From assembly GCA_023410275.1 (NCBI GenBank), contig JAEYPZ010000059.1:20137-84136 (forward strand): a stretch of DNA of 64,000 bases. The letters are read 5' to 3'. Numbering within the stretch: the first letter of the stretch is position 1; the number at the start of each line of letters is the position of its first letter. The DNA is from Bacillota bacterium (GTDB taxonomy: Bacteria; Bacillota; Clostridia; Lachnospirales; Lachnospiraceae). Of the stretch, positions 29,582 through 39,332 are shown piece by piece. The translations under genes and the position numbers were made by a program. Below the pieces are notes generated by a model. The model had not been told where the DNA came from and did not search any database. It saw only the letters and a program-made list of their open reading frames with translations.

Positions 29582-30922
29582 ATGGTTAAAAGCAGAACTA
29601 TTTTCAGACGGAGGGCAGCCCTGCTTCTCATATCAGTACTGGTAATTGGCAGCTTTAGTGCCTGCGGGAAAAGTGAGAAGACACAAAGTGGTGCAATTGC
29701 AGGTAACAGCTCCAAGGCGGAGGATGAAACCCAAAAGATCAGGATTGCATGGTGGGGCAATCAGGTCCGCAATGATACCACATTAGCTGCACTGGATGCT
29801 TATACGAAGGAACATCCGAATGTGACTTTTGAAACCGAATTTTCGGATTGGAGCGGTTACTGGGATAAGATGGCTACCCAGGCAGCTTCCGATAACCTGC
29901 CGGATATCATTCAGCAGGACTATGCCTATGTGGCACAATATCAGGAAAAGGAACAGCTTGCTAATCTGGACAGCTTTGTAAGCTCCGGCGCATTGAATGT
30001 AGCAGATGTTAATGACAGTGTTCTGGCGGCAGGTAAAATGAACGGTTCTTTGTATGCCGTGGTAGCCGGAGTAAACGCCGTAAGCTCGGTCTATAATGCG
30101 GATATGCTTAAGAAGGCAGGACTTACGATATCAGAGCACCCTACTTACAGTGAGATCAAAGAGCTGGCGAAGAAAATCAAAGAAAAGTTAGGTGTATCCA
30201 CGGATATGCCCGCCAGTGAATGGGCCGTACAGATGATGGCAAGGGATAAGGGAGAAGTTCTGTTTGACAGCAAGAACGGCAAGCTTGGCATTAGTAAAGA
30301 GACAGCGCTTCAATATTTTAAGGATATTGATGAAGAAATCAACAGTGACTGGGGCCTTACCATAGATGTTTTACAGGAAGCCTCCACAGCCGGTGTGGAA
30401 GGAAGTCCTATGGCAACCGGAAAGTCCTGGATCACATTTCCGGGGTCCAATCAGATTTCAGCAATCAGGAGTGCCAACAAGGATAAGATAGACATTGCAA
30501 TGTATCCCAAAATCGATGATGCGGCTAAGGAAAGTATGTACTTAAGGCCGTCCATGTTCTGGTGTGTTACAGAAGCATCTAAAAATAAGGATACGGCAGT
30601 GGATGTAATTAATTATTTTACAAATTCAGAGACGGCTCAGGATAATTTAAAAGCGGAACGAGGGGTGCCTATTTCCTCTAAAATGGCTAAATATATGGAA
30701 CCTTCCCTGGATGAAGTTCAGAAACAGCAGTTTGATTATATTGCCAAGGTAACGAAAGTTGCAACTCCCATTGACCCTCCGTATCCTGCCGGTTCCAATG
30801 AAGTTATTACCCTTTTGGGTGACCTGACGGATTCGGTTCGTTACCATGAATCTACTCCCGAGGACGCAGCAGCAAGATTTATGAAAGAAGCCAATGAGAT
30901 TCTTGCTAAAAAAGGACAATAA
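29582..30922 (+). CDS. Sugar ABC transporter substrate-binding lipoprotein
   Basis: Lipobox FSAC, AWWG, PDIIQ; ATG after GAGGAGG. Confidence 0.9.
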   Translation: MVKSRTIFRRRAALLLISVLVIGSFSACGKSEKTQSGAIAGNSSKAEDETQKIRIAWWGNQVRNDTTLAALDAYTKEHPNVTFETEFSDWSGYWDKMATQAASDNLPDIIQQDYAYVAQYQEKEQLANLDSFVSSGALNVADVNDSVLAAGKMNGSLYAVVAGVNAVSSVYNADMLKKAGLTISEHPTYSEIKELAKKIKEKLGVSTDMPASEWAVQMMARDKGEVLFDSKNGKLGISKETALQYFKDIDEEINSDWGLTIDVLQEASTAGVEGSPMATGKSWITFPGSNQISAIRSANKDKIDIAMYPKIDDAAKESMYLRPSMFWCVTEASKNKDTAVDVINYFTNSETAQDNLKAERGVPISSKMAKYMEPSLDEVQKQQFDYIAKVTKVATPIDPPYPAGSNEVITLLGDLTDSVRYHESTPEDAAARFMKEANEILAKKGQ

Positions 30923-30972
30923 GATAATTAAAATTTAAAGTATCAGGCAATTGCATCTCTAGTTCCTTTGAA

Positions 30973-31054
30973 TATACCATATAGTTAATACTTGTCTTTG
31001 GAGGGGCTGCTTTCGATAGGATCAGCTCTGTGCCCGTATTAATTATATGGTATA
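30973..31054 (+). other. Intercistronic stem-loop after the substrate-binding protein gene
   Basis: tataccatatagttaatac / gtattaattatatggtata, 19-bp arms. Confidence 0.6.
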
Positions 31055-31112
31055 AGATTCTATTGCCTTGTTAATGACCTGATAATAAAAGCCTTAGGGA
31101 GGAGAGATTCCG

Positions 31113-32024
31113 ATTAAAAATCAAAAGCGAATTATAACATTTTTACAAAAAGAGCAGGTAGCAGGGTATGTTTTTATTATGCCGTTTATCATCGGTTTAT
31201 TCGCCTTTACCCTGATTCCCATTATTGCTTCATTTGCACTTTCCTTTACCAATTATGATATACTTTCCACACCAAAGTTTGCCGGACTGGATAACTATAT
31301 CAGAATGTTTACACAGGATCCGACTTTCTGGAAAAGCTTTGGTGTTACCTTTTTTTATGCGGTTGTATCTGTCCCGTTAAAACTGATCATGGCTCTTATG
31401 GTTGCCATGTTCTTTCAAAGGACCAGCAGGGCGACTTCCGTTTACCGGGCGGTTTATTATCTTCCCTCCATCATGGGAGGCAGTGTTGCGGTTGCGGTTT
31501 TGTGGAGGCGTATGTTTGCTTCCGACGGTGTAATTAACAGTGTGCTGCAGCAGTTTGGCATAGCCAGTGATATCGGATGGCTCAGCGGAACCAGAACTGC
31601 AATCTGGACTCTGATTATACTGTCGGTCTGGCAGTTTGGTTCCTCCATGCTGGTATTTCTGGCAGGATTGAAGCAGATACCTGTAACCCTGTATGAAGCA
31701 TCCAGAGTAGACGGATGCTCGAGAGTGAAGCAGTTCTTTAAAATTACCCTTCCCATGCTTACTCCGGTTATATTTTTTAACCTGGTGCAGCAGACCATCA
31801 ATGCGTTTATGGCATTTACCCAGAGTTATGTTATTACCGGAGGGAAACCTTTGAACTCGACACTGTTCTATACGGTTTATATGTATCAGCGTTCCTTTCA
31901 GTATTCGGAAATGGGTTATGGCTCTGCTATGGCGTGGTTTATGCTTATCGTAGTAGCATTGCTTACGGTACTGATTTTTCGGTCCTCCGGCAGCTGGGTA
32001 TACCGTGCTTCAGAGGAGGAATAA
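31113..32024 (+). CDS. Sugar ABC permease (start possibly ATT at 31113; first ATG at 31179)
   Basis: EAA loop LYEASRVDG; in-frame upstream ...AGYVFIMP motif and strong SD. Confidence 0.88.
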   Translation: MKNQKRIITFLQKEQVAGYVFIMPFIIGLFAFTLIPIIASFALSFTNYDILSTPKFAGLDNYIRMFTQDPTFWKSFGVTFFYAVVSVPLKLIMALMVAMFFQRTSRATSVYRAVYYLPSIMGGSVAVAVLWRRMFASDGVINSVLQQFGIASDIGWLSGTRTAIWTLIILSVWQFGSSMLVFLAGLKQIPVTLYEASRVDGCSRVKQFFKITLPMLTPVIFFNLVQQTINAFMAFTQSYVITGGKPLNSTLFYTVYMYQRSFQYSEMGYGSAMAWFMLIVVALLTVLIFRSSGSWVYRASEEE

Positions 32025-32039
32025 ATACAGGAGGGTAAT

Positions 32040-32882
32040 ATGCGAAATACAAAAAAAATAAGACAAATACTTTTTCATGTAGTGGCTGTGGTATTGGGAT
32101 TTATTATGATTTATCCGCTGCTGTGGATGGTAATGAGTTCCTTTAAGCCCAGTAATGAAATCTTTGCCAATGCCGGGTCTTTGTTTCCGAAAGAGTTTTT
32201 TCCGTCTAATTACTCCACCGGCTGGAAAGGATTTGGAGGTATCCGTTTTTCGGTCTTCTTTAAGAACTCTTTTACCATATCCCTGCTTTCGACGGCAGGC
32301 TCCGTTTTTTCTTCCGCCTGTATTGCCTATGGACTGTCCAGGCTGCGGTTTAAGGGAAGAAAAATCTGGTTTGTTTTTATGTTGCTTACCATGATGCTGC
32401 CATTTCAGATAATCATGATTCCGCAATACATCATTTTTAACCGGGCAGGGTGGATTGGCACTATTTTACCTCTGGTTGTACCGTCCTATTTCGGCGGTGG
32501 ATTTTTTATCTTCCTGATTATGCAGTTTATATACGGAATTCCGAAGGATTTGGATGAGGCGGCTAAAATCGACGGGTGCTCCTTTTACGGAATATTTGCA
32601 AGGGTGATAATGCCTTTGATTGTGCCGGCACTGATTACTTCTGCTATTTTTGCATTTATGTGGAAATGGGACGATTTTCTTGCTTCGCTTCTTTACCTGA
32701 ATAATCCCAGCAATTATACGGTATCGCTGGCGCTTAAAATGTTCTCGGATCCCTCTGCACAATCTGACTGGGGTGCTATGTTTGCCATGGCGACACTTTC
32801 CATTCTCCCGATTATGTTGATATTTATTTTTTGCCAGAAGTATTTAGTGGAGGGAATCAGTACGGAAGGACTGAAGGGCTGA
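32040..32882 (+). CDS. Sugar ABC permease
   Basis: IPKDLDEAAKIDG, FCQKYLVEGI...GLKG. Confidence 0.92.
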   Translation: MRNTKKIRQILFHVVAVVLGFIMIYPLLWMVMSSFKPSNEIFANAGSLFPKEFFPSNYSTGWKGFGGIRFSVFFKNSFTISLLSTAGSVFSSACIAYGLSRLRFKGRKIWFVFMLLTMMLPFQIIMIPQYIIFNRAGWIGTILPLVVPSYFGGGFFIFLIMQFIYGIPKDLDEAAKIDGCSFYGIFARVIMPLIVPALITSAIFAFMWKWDDFLASLLYLNNPSNYTVSLALKMFSDPSAQSDWGAMFAMATLSILPIMLIFIFCQKYLVEGISTEGLKG

Positions 32883-32937
32883 TAGAAGGACCAATGTAAC
32901 AGCAATCTCGGACAGCACAGATGAACAGGAGGAACCT

Positions 32938-34668
32938 ATGAATAATATACCTAGAAATGAATATCCAAGACCAAATTTTATCAGGGATTCTTGGCTTTCT
33001 CTAAATGGCACCTGGAAGTTTTCCTTTGACCGGGAAGCCTATGACCGTAAAATTACAGTACCCTTTGCCTATGAGACAAAGTTATCAGGAATCAACGAAA
33101 CAGAAATGCATAAGGAAGTCTGGTACCGGCGAAGCTTTACATTACCGGAAGCAATGTTCCATAAACAGATACTACTTCATTTTGGCGCGGTGGATTATTC
33201 CTGCAGGGTCTGGGTCAATGACATTCCGGTTACAGAGCATACCGGCGGACAGACCGGCTTTTTTACAGATATTACGGCATGTGTCCGGTATCAGGAGGAA
33301 AATGTGATACGGGTGCAGGTCTGGGACGATTATACTGATTTGGAGATGCCAAGAGGGAAGCAATACTGGGAGGAAGAGTCCAAAAGTATATTTTATACCC
33401 GGACAACAGGTATATGGCAAAGTGTCTGGATTGAGGCAGTATCCCAAAATCATCTGAAGAAGGTCTTTATTACCCCGCTTTTGGATGAACAGGCGGTTCG
33501 ATTTGAATATTATCTTACCGGAAGTACGGACTTATACTTAGATATCAGAATAAGCTTTAATGGGTCCTATGTTACGGGCTGCAGGATAGAGCCAAGGGCT
33601 ATGAAGGGCAGTTTTACTTTAAAGCTTAATCAGCCGGCCTTAAAATCCTGGAATTTTGTAGAAGATCTGACATGGTCGCCGGAGAATCCAAGGCTCTTTG
33701 ATGTAATATTTACGGTTTCTAAGGATGAGGTCATGGAAGATAAGGTCCGCTCTTATTTTGGTATGAGAAAAATATCAATTGACAATGGCATTATCCTGCT
33801 GAATAACCGGCCTTATTATCAAAAGCTATTACTGGACCAGGGATACTGGCCGGATTCATTATTAACGGCTCCGGAGGATGAAGCCTTTGTCAGGGATATT
33901 AAACTTATCAAGGAAATGGGCTTTAATGGAGTCAGAAAACATCAAAAGGTAGAAGATCCAAGGTTCCTATATCATGCAGATGTGATGGGACTGCTGGTAT
34001 GGGGAGAGATTGGCAGTGCCTATCAGTATTCAAGAGAATATGCCGCAGGAATGTATAGGGAGTGGAGTGATGCTGTACTTCGGGATTATAACCACCCTTC
34101 CATCGTGGCTTGGACTCCGTTGAATGAATCCTGGGGTGTTCATGAAATAAAAACCAATAAACTGCAGCAGGGCCATAGCAACGCAATGCTGCATATTACA
34201 AAATCGCTGGATGAAACCCGCATTGTTATTGAGGATGATGGATGGGAGCATACGGAAGGGGACCTTCTGACTATTCACGATTATGAAGCCTCAAAAGAGG
34301 TTTTGAAGAAGCACTACAGCTGTATTGATTCTATCCTGGAATTTACACCAAGCGGCAGAGCCTTGTATGTATCCGGCTGGAGCTACCGGAACCAGCCAAT
34401 CATAGTCAGTGAGTGCGGCGGTATTGATTTCCGGAAGGATGAGGTCAAGGGATGGGGTTATTCAAGTGTGGTCACCGGGGAAGAATTTTTGAAGCGCTAT
34501 GAGGATATTGTTGCTGCATTAATGAATTCTGAGCTGGTACAGGGCTTTTGCTACACCCAGCTTACCGATGTGGAACAGGAGACCAATGGACTGCTGAATT
34601 ATGACAGAAGCCCTAAAGTACCTTTGGAAAAAATCAGGGAAATAAATGAGGGGAATTATCTGAGATAG
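32938..34668 (+). CDS. GH2 glycoside hydrolase
   Basis: EYPRP, LHFGAVDY, GFNGVRKHQK, NHPSI..W..LNESWG. Confidence 0.9.
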   Translation: MNNIPRNEYPRPNFIRDSWLSLNGTWKFSFDREAYDRKITVPFAYETKLSGINETEMHKEVWYRRSFTLPEAMFHKQILLHFGAVDYSCRVWVNDIPVTEHTGGQTGFFTDITACVRYQEENVIRVQVWDDYTDLEMPRGKQYWEEESKSIFYTRTTGIWQSVWIEAVSQNHLKKVFITPLLDEQAVRFEYYLTGSTDLYLDIRISFNGSYVTGCRIEPRAMKGSFTLKLNQPALKSWNFVEDLTWSPENPRLFDVIFTVSKDEVMEDKVRSYFGMRKISIDNGIILLNNRPYYQKLLLDQGYWPDSLLTAPEDEAFVRDIKLIKEMGFNGVRKHQKVEDPRFLYHADVMGLLVWGEIGSAYQYSREYAAGMYREWSDAVLRDYNHPSIVAWTPLNESWGVHEIKTNKLQQGHSNAMLHITKSLDETRIVIEDDGWEHTEGDLLTIHDYEASKEVLKKHYSCIDSILEFTPSGRALYVSGWSYRNQPIIVSECGGIDFRKDEVKGWGYSSVVTGEEFLKRYEDIVAALMNSELVQGFCYTQLTDVEQETNGLLNYDRSPKVPLEKIREINEGNYLR

Positions 34669-34890
34669 TGTGAATATTAAAAAGCAATTTTCACACAAGA
34701 TTCAGAAGGTATGGTTATATTGCGAATAGAAATCTGTTGTAAAATCATTGGATATTTCCGGTGGTTTTGCGGCAGATTTTTTTGAAGCCAAAGAACTTGA
34801 CTGGCAGCAGAAGAAAATGTGAACGGCTGTATAAAATTAGAAGTTAATGGAATTGAAAAAAGTAATACAGTCCTTTGAAGCTGACTTTGA

Positions 34891-34915
34891 AATGATAATA
34901 TTTATCATTCTCATT
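34891..34915. promoter_or_regulatory. Fur box upstream of the iron-siderophore ABC operon
   Basis: aaTGATAATaTTTATCAtt, one mismatch to the 7-1-7 consensus TGATAATnATTATCA. Confidence 0.7.
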
Positions 34916-35045
34916 GAGAATACAAAACATAAGAGATGCGTCTTATTAGAAAAAAAGGCTTTATTACTGGTGTTACAGGGATTTGCCAATAATTAAAAAC
35001 CCGGTTTATTAAAGTTTACCAGCCTTGTCTTGGGCATCCGTCTAC

Positions 35046-35096
35046 TTGACAAAAACAGCCTCCTTTGATAATCTATGCAAGTTAGTTGAAACTAAC
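35046..35096 (+). promoter_or_regulatory. Promoter (TTGACA-N17-TAATCT) followed by palindrome GTTAGTT-GA-AACTAAC
   Basis: Seen directly; the palindrome resembles DtxR/MntR-family operators. Confidence 0.55.
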
Positions 35097-35128
35097 AACA
35101 CATCAATAAAAAGAAGAGGAGTTCGTAT

Positions 35129-36223
35129 ATGAAATTACAAAAACTGAGTTCTATTTTAGCCATAGCACTGGTTATGACTTTGACTGCCTGTGCAGATAAA
35201 TCCTCCGGTACCTCAGGGGCAAATAATGACGCTGCCGCAGGAGCAGTAACGGCAACTCCCGGAGAAGGGACGCCGGAGAATACGGAGCCTTCCGCAGCTG
35301 AAACGGAAACACAGTATCCCATAACAATAAAGCATGCCTTTGGTGAGACCGTAATCAAAAGCAAACCGGAACATGTAGTCACTATATCCTGGGGTAACCA
35401 GGACGTACCGTTAGCTTTAGGAGTAGTTCCGGCAGGAATCTCCGAAGCCAATTACGGAGTAACGGATGGCAGCGGTTTACTGCCCTGGACAAAGGAAGCT
35501 TATAAAAAACTTGGCGTAGAGAACCCGGTTTTATTTAAAGATACGGACGGCTTGGATTATGAAGCTATCAACGATGCACAGCCGGATGTCATTCTTGCGG
35601 CTTATTCCGGAATCACAGAGGAAGAATATAAATTATTGAGTAAAATTGCACCGGTGGTAGCATATCCTACCCTGGCATGGCAGACCTACTGGCGCGACCA
35701 GATTACCATGGATGCGGAAGGAATTGGCATGAAGGCGGAAGGAGAAAAGCTGGTTTCCGACCTGGAAAAGCTGATTGCGGACAAAACGGCTGCTTATCCC
35801 CAGATAGCAGGCAAGACGGCTGTGTTCTGCTATTTTAATCCCTCTGATCTTGGTAAATTCTTTATTTACCTGCCCACTGATCCCCGTGCGGCTTATCTGA
35901 TGGACATTGGAATGAAAGTGCCGGAGAGTGTAACGAAACTGGCTGAGACTTCCACCAGCTTTGCTATTGAAATCAGTGCTGAGAATGCAGACCTTTTGAA
36001 GGACATTGATATTATCATTGCATACGGAGATGACACCTTATTAAAGAATCTTCAGGCTGATTCTCTTGTCGGAACGATTCCTGCGGTAAAGAGAGGCTCT
36101 GTGGTGCTGCTTCAGGATGGCACACCCATGGCAGCTTCCTCTACTCCCAGTGCCTTGTCCATACCGGCAACTATTGATGACTACTTAAAGATTATCGGAG
36201 AGGCAGCTGATAAAGTAAAATGA
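35129..36223 (+). CDS. Iron-siderophore ABC substrate-binding lipoprotein
   Basis: Lipobox LTAC, YPITIKHAFGET.I..KP, ALGVVP, LSKIAP. Confidence 0.9.
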   Translation: MKLQKLSSILAIALVMTLTACADKSSGTSGANNDAAAGAVTATPGEGTPENTEPSAAETETQYPITIKHAFGETVIKSKPEHVVTISWGNQDVPLALGVVPAGISEANYGVTDGSGLLPWTKEAYKKLGVENPVLFKDTDGLDYEAINDAQPDVILAAYSGITEEEYKLLSKIAPVVAYPTLAWQTYWRDQITMDAEGIGMKAEGEKLVSDLEKLIADKTAAYPQIAGKTAVFCYFNPSDLGKFFIYLPTDPRAAYLMDIGMKVPESVTKLAETSTSFAIEISAENADLLKDIDIIIAYGDDTLLKNLQADSLVGTIPAVKRGSVVLLQDGTPMAASSTPSALSIPATIDDYLKIIGEAADKVK

Positions 36224-37218
36224 AAGTTAAGAAAATAATCATACTGGCAGGTGTCGGTGCAGTCGGCCTTCTACTGTCAGTTTTAGCATCACTGGCACTT
36301 GGTTCAAGAAATGTAGGTCTGAAGGAAGTATTAGAGGCTTTGCTTCATTCAGGCGGCACCTCCTTTGATTCTTTGGTTGTCCATGAACGTATTCCAAGAA
36401 CTGTTTTTAGTATTATCGCCGGAGCTTCCCTTGGGGTCTCCGGCGCTCTGATGCAGGCAATTACCCGTAACCCCATAGCCGACCCCAGTATTCTGGGGGT
36501 TAATACCGGAGCATCCTTATTTGTGGTAAGCGGAATTGCATTTTTTCATATCAATACCGCAAATCAATACATCTGGTTTGCTCTGACAGGTGCTGCGGTA
36601 ACTGCTGTTTTTGTATACCGGATTGGTTCCATGGGCTCCGGAGGCGCCACACCCATAAAGCTTGCTCTGGCAGGTGCTGCGGCCAGTGCAGCCCTTTCTT
36701 CTTTGGTCAGTGCCGTAATACTGCCAAGGACGGAGGTTATGAACGCTTTCCGTTTCTGGCAGGTAGGCAGTGTCAGCGGAGCGACCTGGGAAGGAATCCT
36801 GTCGGTATCCCCCTTTCTGGTTGTGGGATTGGTAATAGGAATCCTGCTGGCTTCTGCTCTGAATGCCCTTGCCTTAGGGGATGATGTGGCAACAGGACTT
36901 GGTGTAAATACCGGACTGATAAGAATTGCAGGAGCACTGGCAGGAGTACTGCTATGCGGTGCAACAACAGCCCTGGCCGGTCCTATCGGCTTTGTGGGAC
37001 TGATGATACCTCATACCATGAGGCTTATCTGCGGGCCCAATCTTCGCTATATTGTCCCTATGTCAGCCATAGGCGGAGCTATTCTTTTAACGGTTTCCGA
37101 TATCATAGGAAGGCTCATCGGATATCCGGGGGAACTGGAAGCCGGGATTATAACCGCATTTTTTGGGGCACCTATCCTGATATTGATTGCTATGAGAGTG
37201 AAGGTGCGTTCATTATGA
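36220..37218 (+). CDS. FecCD-family iron ABC permease
   Basis: RIPRT, QAITRNPIADP, GPIGFVGL. Confidence 0.92.
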   Translation: MKVKKIIILAGVGAVGLLLSVLASLALGSRNVGLKEVLEALLHSGGTSFDSLVVHERIPRTVFSIIAGASLGVSGALMQAITRNPIADPSILGVNTGASLFVVSGIAFFHINTANQYIWFALTGAAVTAVFVYRIGSMGSGGATPIKLALAGAAASAALSSLVSAVILPRTEVMNAFRFWQVGSVSGATWEGILSVSPFLVVGLVIGILLASALNALALGDDVATGLGVNTGLIRIAGALAGVLLCGATTALAGPIGFVGLMIPHTMRLICGPNLRYIVPMSAIGGAILLTVSDIIGRLIGYPGELEAGIITAFFGAPILILIAMRVKVRSL

Positions 37219-38249
37219 CAAATACAAATTCCAATATTGTAAGCGAAGGTTTTTATAAAAGAAGGGTTCGCAGAGCGGTGGTAACGGCAGCTTTAGCGGT
37301 CTTTACGGCCATCCTTTGCGGCGTCATGCTGTATCTGGGAAATACCAGATATTCTCCGGAAGTAATTCTGCGGGTCCTCCTGGGAGAAGAGATTAAAGGT
37401 GCCGCTTTTGCAATCGGCACCATCAGGCTTCCCAGAATGTTTGCCGGGTTATTAGCAGGAATGGCCTTTGGCATGGCAGGCAATACCTTTCAGACCATGC
37501 TTCGCAATCCTCTGGCAAGCCCGGACATTATAGGTGTTACCTCCGGCTCCAGTGTGGCGGCGGTTCTCTGTATTCTTGTTTTTAAGGTCAGCGGCAGTAT
37601 TGTTTCCATATCAGCGGTTATTGCCGGAATATCAGTGGCTTTTCTGATATATTCCCTCTCCCGGGGAGGCAGCTTTTCCGGAGGAAGGCTGATTCTTATC
37701 GGAATCGGCATACAGGCAATGTTAAATGCCGTGATATCCTTTCTTCTTTTACGAGCCAATCAGTATGATGTGCCGGCTGCCCTCAGATGGTTGAGCGGCA
37801 GTTTAAACGGAATGGAAATGGGAGATATCCCGGGACTTTTTACCGTGGTGCTTTTATGTGGATGCCTGCTGGTTTTCTTCGGCAGACAATTGAAAATCCT
37901 TGAGCTGGGAGAGCAATCAGCAGTTACCTTGGGGCTGAGAACGGATAGAACAAGGCTTTTTCTGGTCATAAGCGCTGTCTTTTTAATTGCTTATGCAACA
38001 GCAGTAACCGGACCCATTGCCTTTGTTGCTTTTCTGGCAGGTCCCATAGCCGGAAGGATGGCAGGGGCAGGTAATTCCAATACCATACCGGCGGGACTGA
38101 CAGGAGCAGCCCTGGTGCTTTTAGCTGATATCATAGGGCAATATGCTTTTAATACCCGTTTCCCGGTGGGAGTCATTACAGGTATCCTGGGAGCACCTTA
38201 CCTTATTTATTTACTGATACGTATGAATAAAACCGGAGGAGCAGCATGA
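37215..38249 (+). CDS. FecCD-family iron ABC permease
   Basis: RLPR, RNPLASPDIIG, PVGVITG; start at the ATGA overlap with the previous gene. Confidence 0.9.
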   Translation: MTNTNSNIVSEGFYKRRVRRAVVTAALAVFTAILCGVMLYLGNTRYSPEVILRVLLGEEIKGAAFAIGTIRLPRMFAGLLAGMAFGMAGNTFQTMLRNPLASPDIIGVTSGSSVAAVLCILVFKVSGSIVSISAVIAGISVAFLIYSLSRGGSFSGGRLILIGIGIQAMLNAVISFLLLRANQYDVPAALRWLSGSLNGMEMGDIPGLFTVVLLCGCLLVFFGRQLKILELGEQSAVTLGLRTDRTRLFLVISAVFLIAYATAVTGPIAFVAFLAGPIAGRMAGAGNSNTIPAGLTGAALVLLADIIGQYAFNTRFPVGVITGILGAPYLIYLLIRMNKTGGAA

Positions 38250-39052
38250 AAAAGACACCTGCATTTTCAGCCGGCAATATAGTTGCCGGTTATGATAAAA
38301 AGATAATCATCAATAATATTGATGTGGTTATTCCGAATAACAAAATAAGCGTAATTATCGGTGCCAATGCCTGCGGTAAATCCACCCTGCTGAAAACCCT
38401 CGCCAGGTTGATTAAGCCGGTTTCCGGTGAGGTCGTCCTCGACGGTAAGCAGATTGGTACTATTCCGCCCAAGCAGCTGGCAAGGGTATTGGGACTGCTT
38501 CCCCAGTCACCGGTAGTGCCGGAGGGAATTACAGTCTCCGATCTGGTATCCAGAGGAAGGTATCCTTATCAGAACTTTCTGAAAGGCTTGGAAAAGAAGG
38601 ATTATGAAGCAGTGGAGGAGGCCCTGGAAATCATGGGAATTGTGGAGCTGGCCAACCGCAGTGTGGATGAACTCTCGGGAGGCCAGCGCCAGCGGGTCTG
38701 GATTGCCATGGCACTTGCCCAGCAGACAGATATCCTGCTGTTAGATGAACCTACTACGTTCCTGGATATTACCTATCAGATTGAAATCCTGGATTTGCTG
38801 ACCGATTTAAACCGCAAGAGAGGGACAACTATTGTCATGGTACTTCATGATATTAATTTGTCGGCCCGTTATGCGGATTATATTTTTGCGGTGCAGAAAG
38901 GAAATCTGGTTGCCCAGGGCAAGCCTTCCGAGATTATATCGGAAGACTTAATGAAGCAGGTATTCGGACTGGATTGTGCCGTAATAAAGGACCCGGTTTC
39001 GGGCTCCCCTTTTATTGTGCCAAAGGGAAGATATCACGTAGTAAACGGATAA
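38246..39052 (+). CDS. Iron-complex ABC ATPase (FecE/FhuC-like)
   Basis: GANACGKST, LSGGQRQRVWIA, LLDEP. Confidence 0.93.
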   Translation: MKKTPAFSAGNIVAGYDKKIIINNIDVVIPNNKISVIIGANACGKSTLLKTLARLIKPVSGEVVLDGKQIGTIPPKQLARVLGLLPQSPVVPEGITVSDLVSRGRYPYQNFLKGLEKKDYEAVEEALEIMGIVELANRSVDELSGGQRQRVWIAMALAQQTDILLLDEPTTFLDITYQIEILDLLTDLNRKRGTTIVMVLHDINLSARYADYIFAVQKGNLVAQGKPSEIISEDLMKQVFGLDCAVIKDPVSGSPFIVPKGRYHVVNG

Positions 39053-39261
39053 AAAGGGTGTTTTAGAAAGAAGGCTGTTCAATACGAGAAAAATCAAAGC
39101 GAAAAAGATTCTTTATTAAATGAAATGCAAAGACATTAAATACGAAAGACATTAAAGGTAATGAAACGGAAATAAAATAATGCGAAGGAATAAAATAACA
39201 ACGTAATTAAGAAGCAAAGAATTAAGAAGTAAAGAAGTAAGAAGAAAAGAATAAAGATACA

Positions 39262-39308
39262 AAGAAAAGCTTACCGGTAATCTGAAGTATGACCGGTAAG
39301 CTTTTCTT
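39262..39308. terminator. Bidirectional terminator
   Basis: aagaaaagcttaccggt...accggtaagcttttctt. Confidence 0.75.
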
Positions 39309-39332
39309 CTTAGAAGGCTTTACGCCTGATTT

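Noticed and set aside
36954..37214. N-terminal extension of the second FecCD permease in the ORF track
   Set aside because: It overlaps the previous permease out of frame; the ATGA-coupled start at 37215 fits better.
39110..39260. A-rich short repeats (aaagacattaaa, aagaagt)
   Set aside because: Low-complexity sequence with no consistent period or structure.
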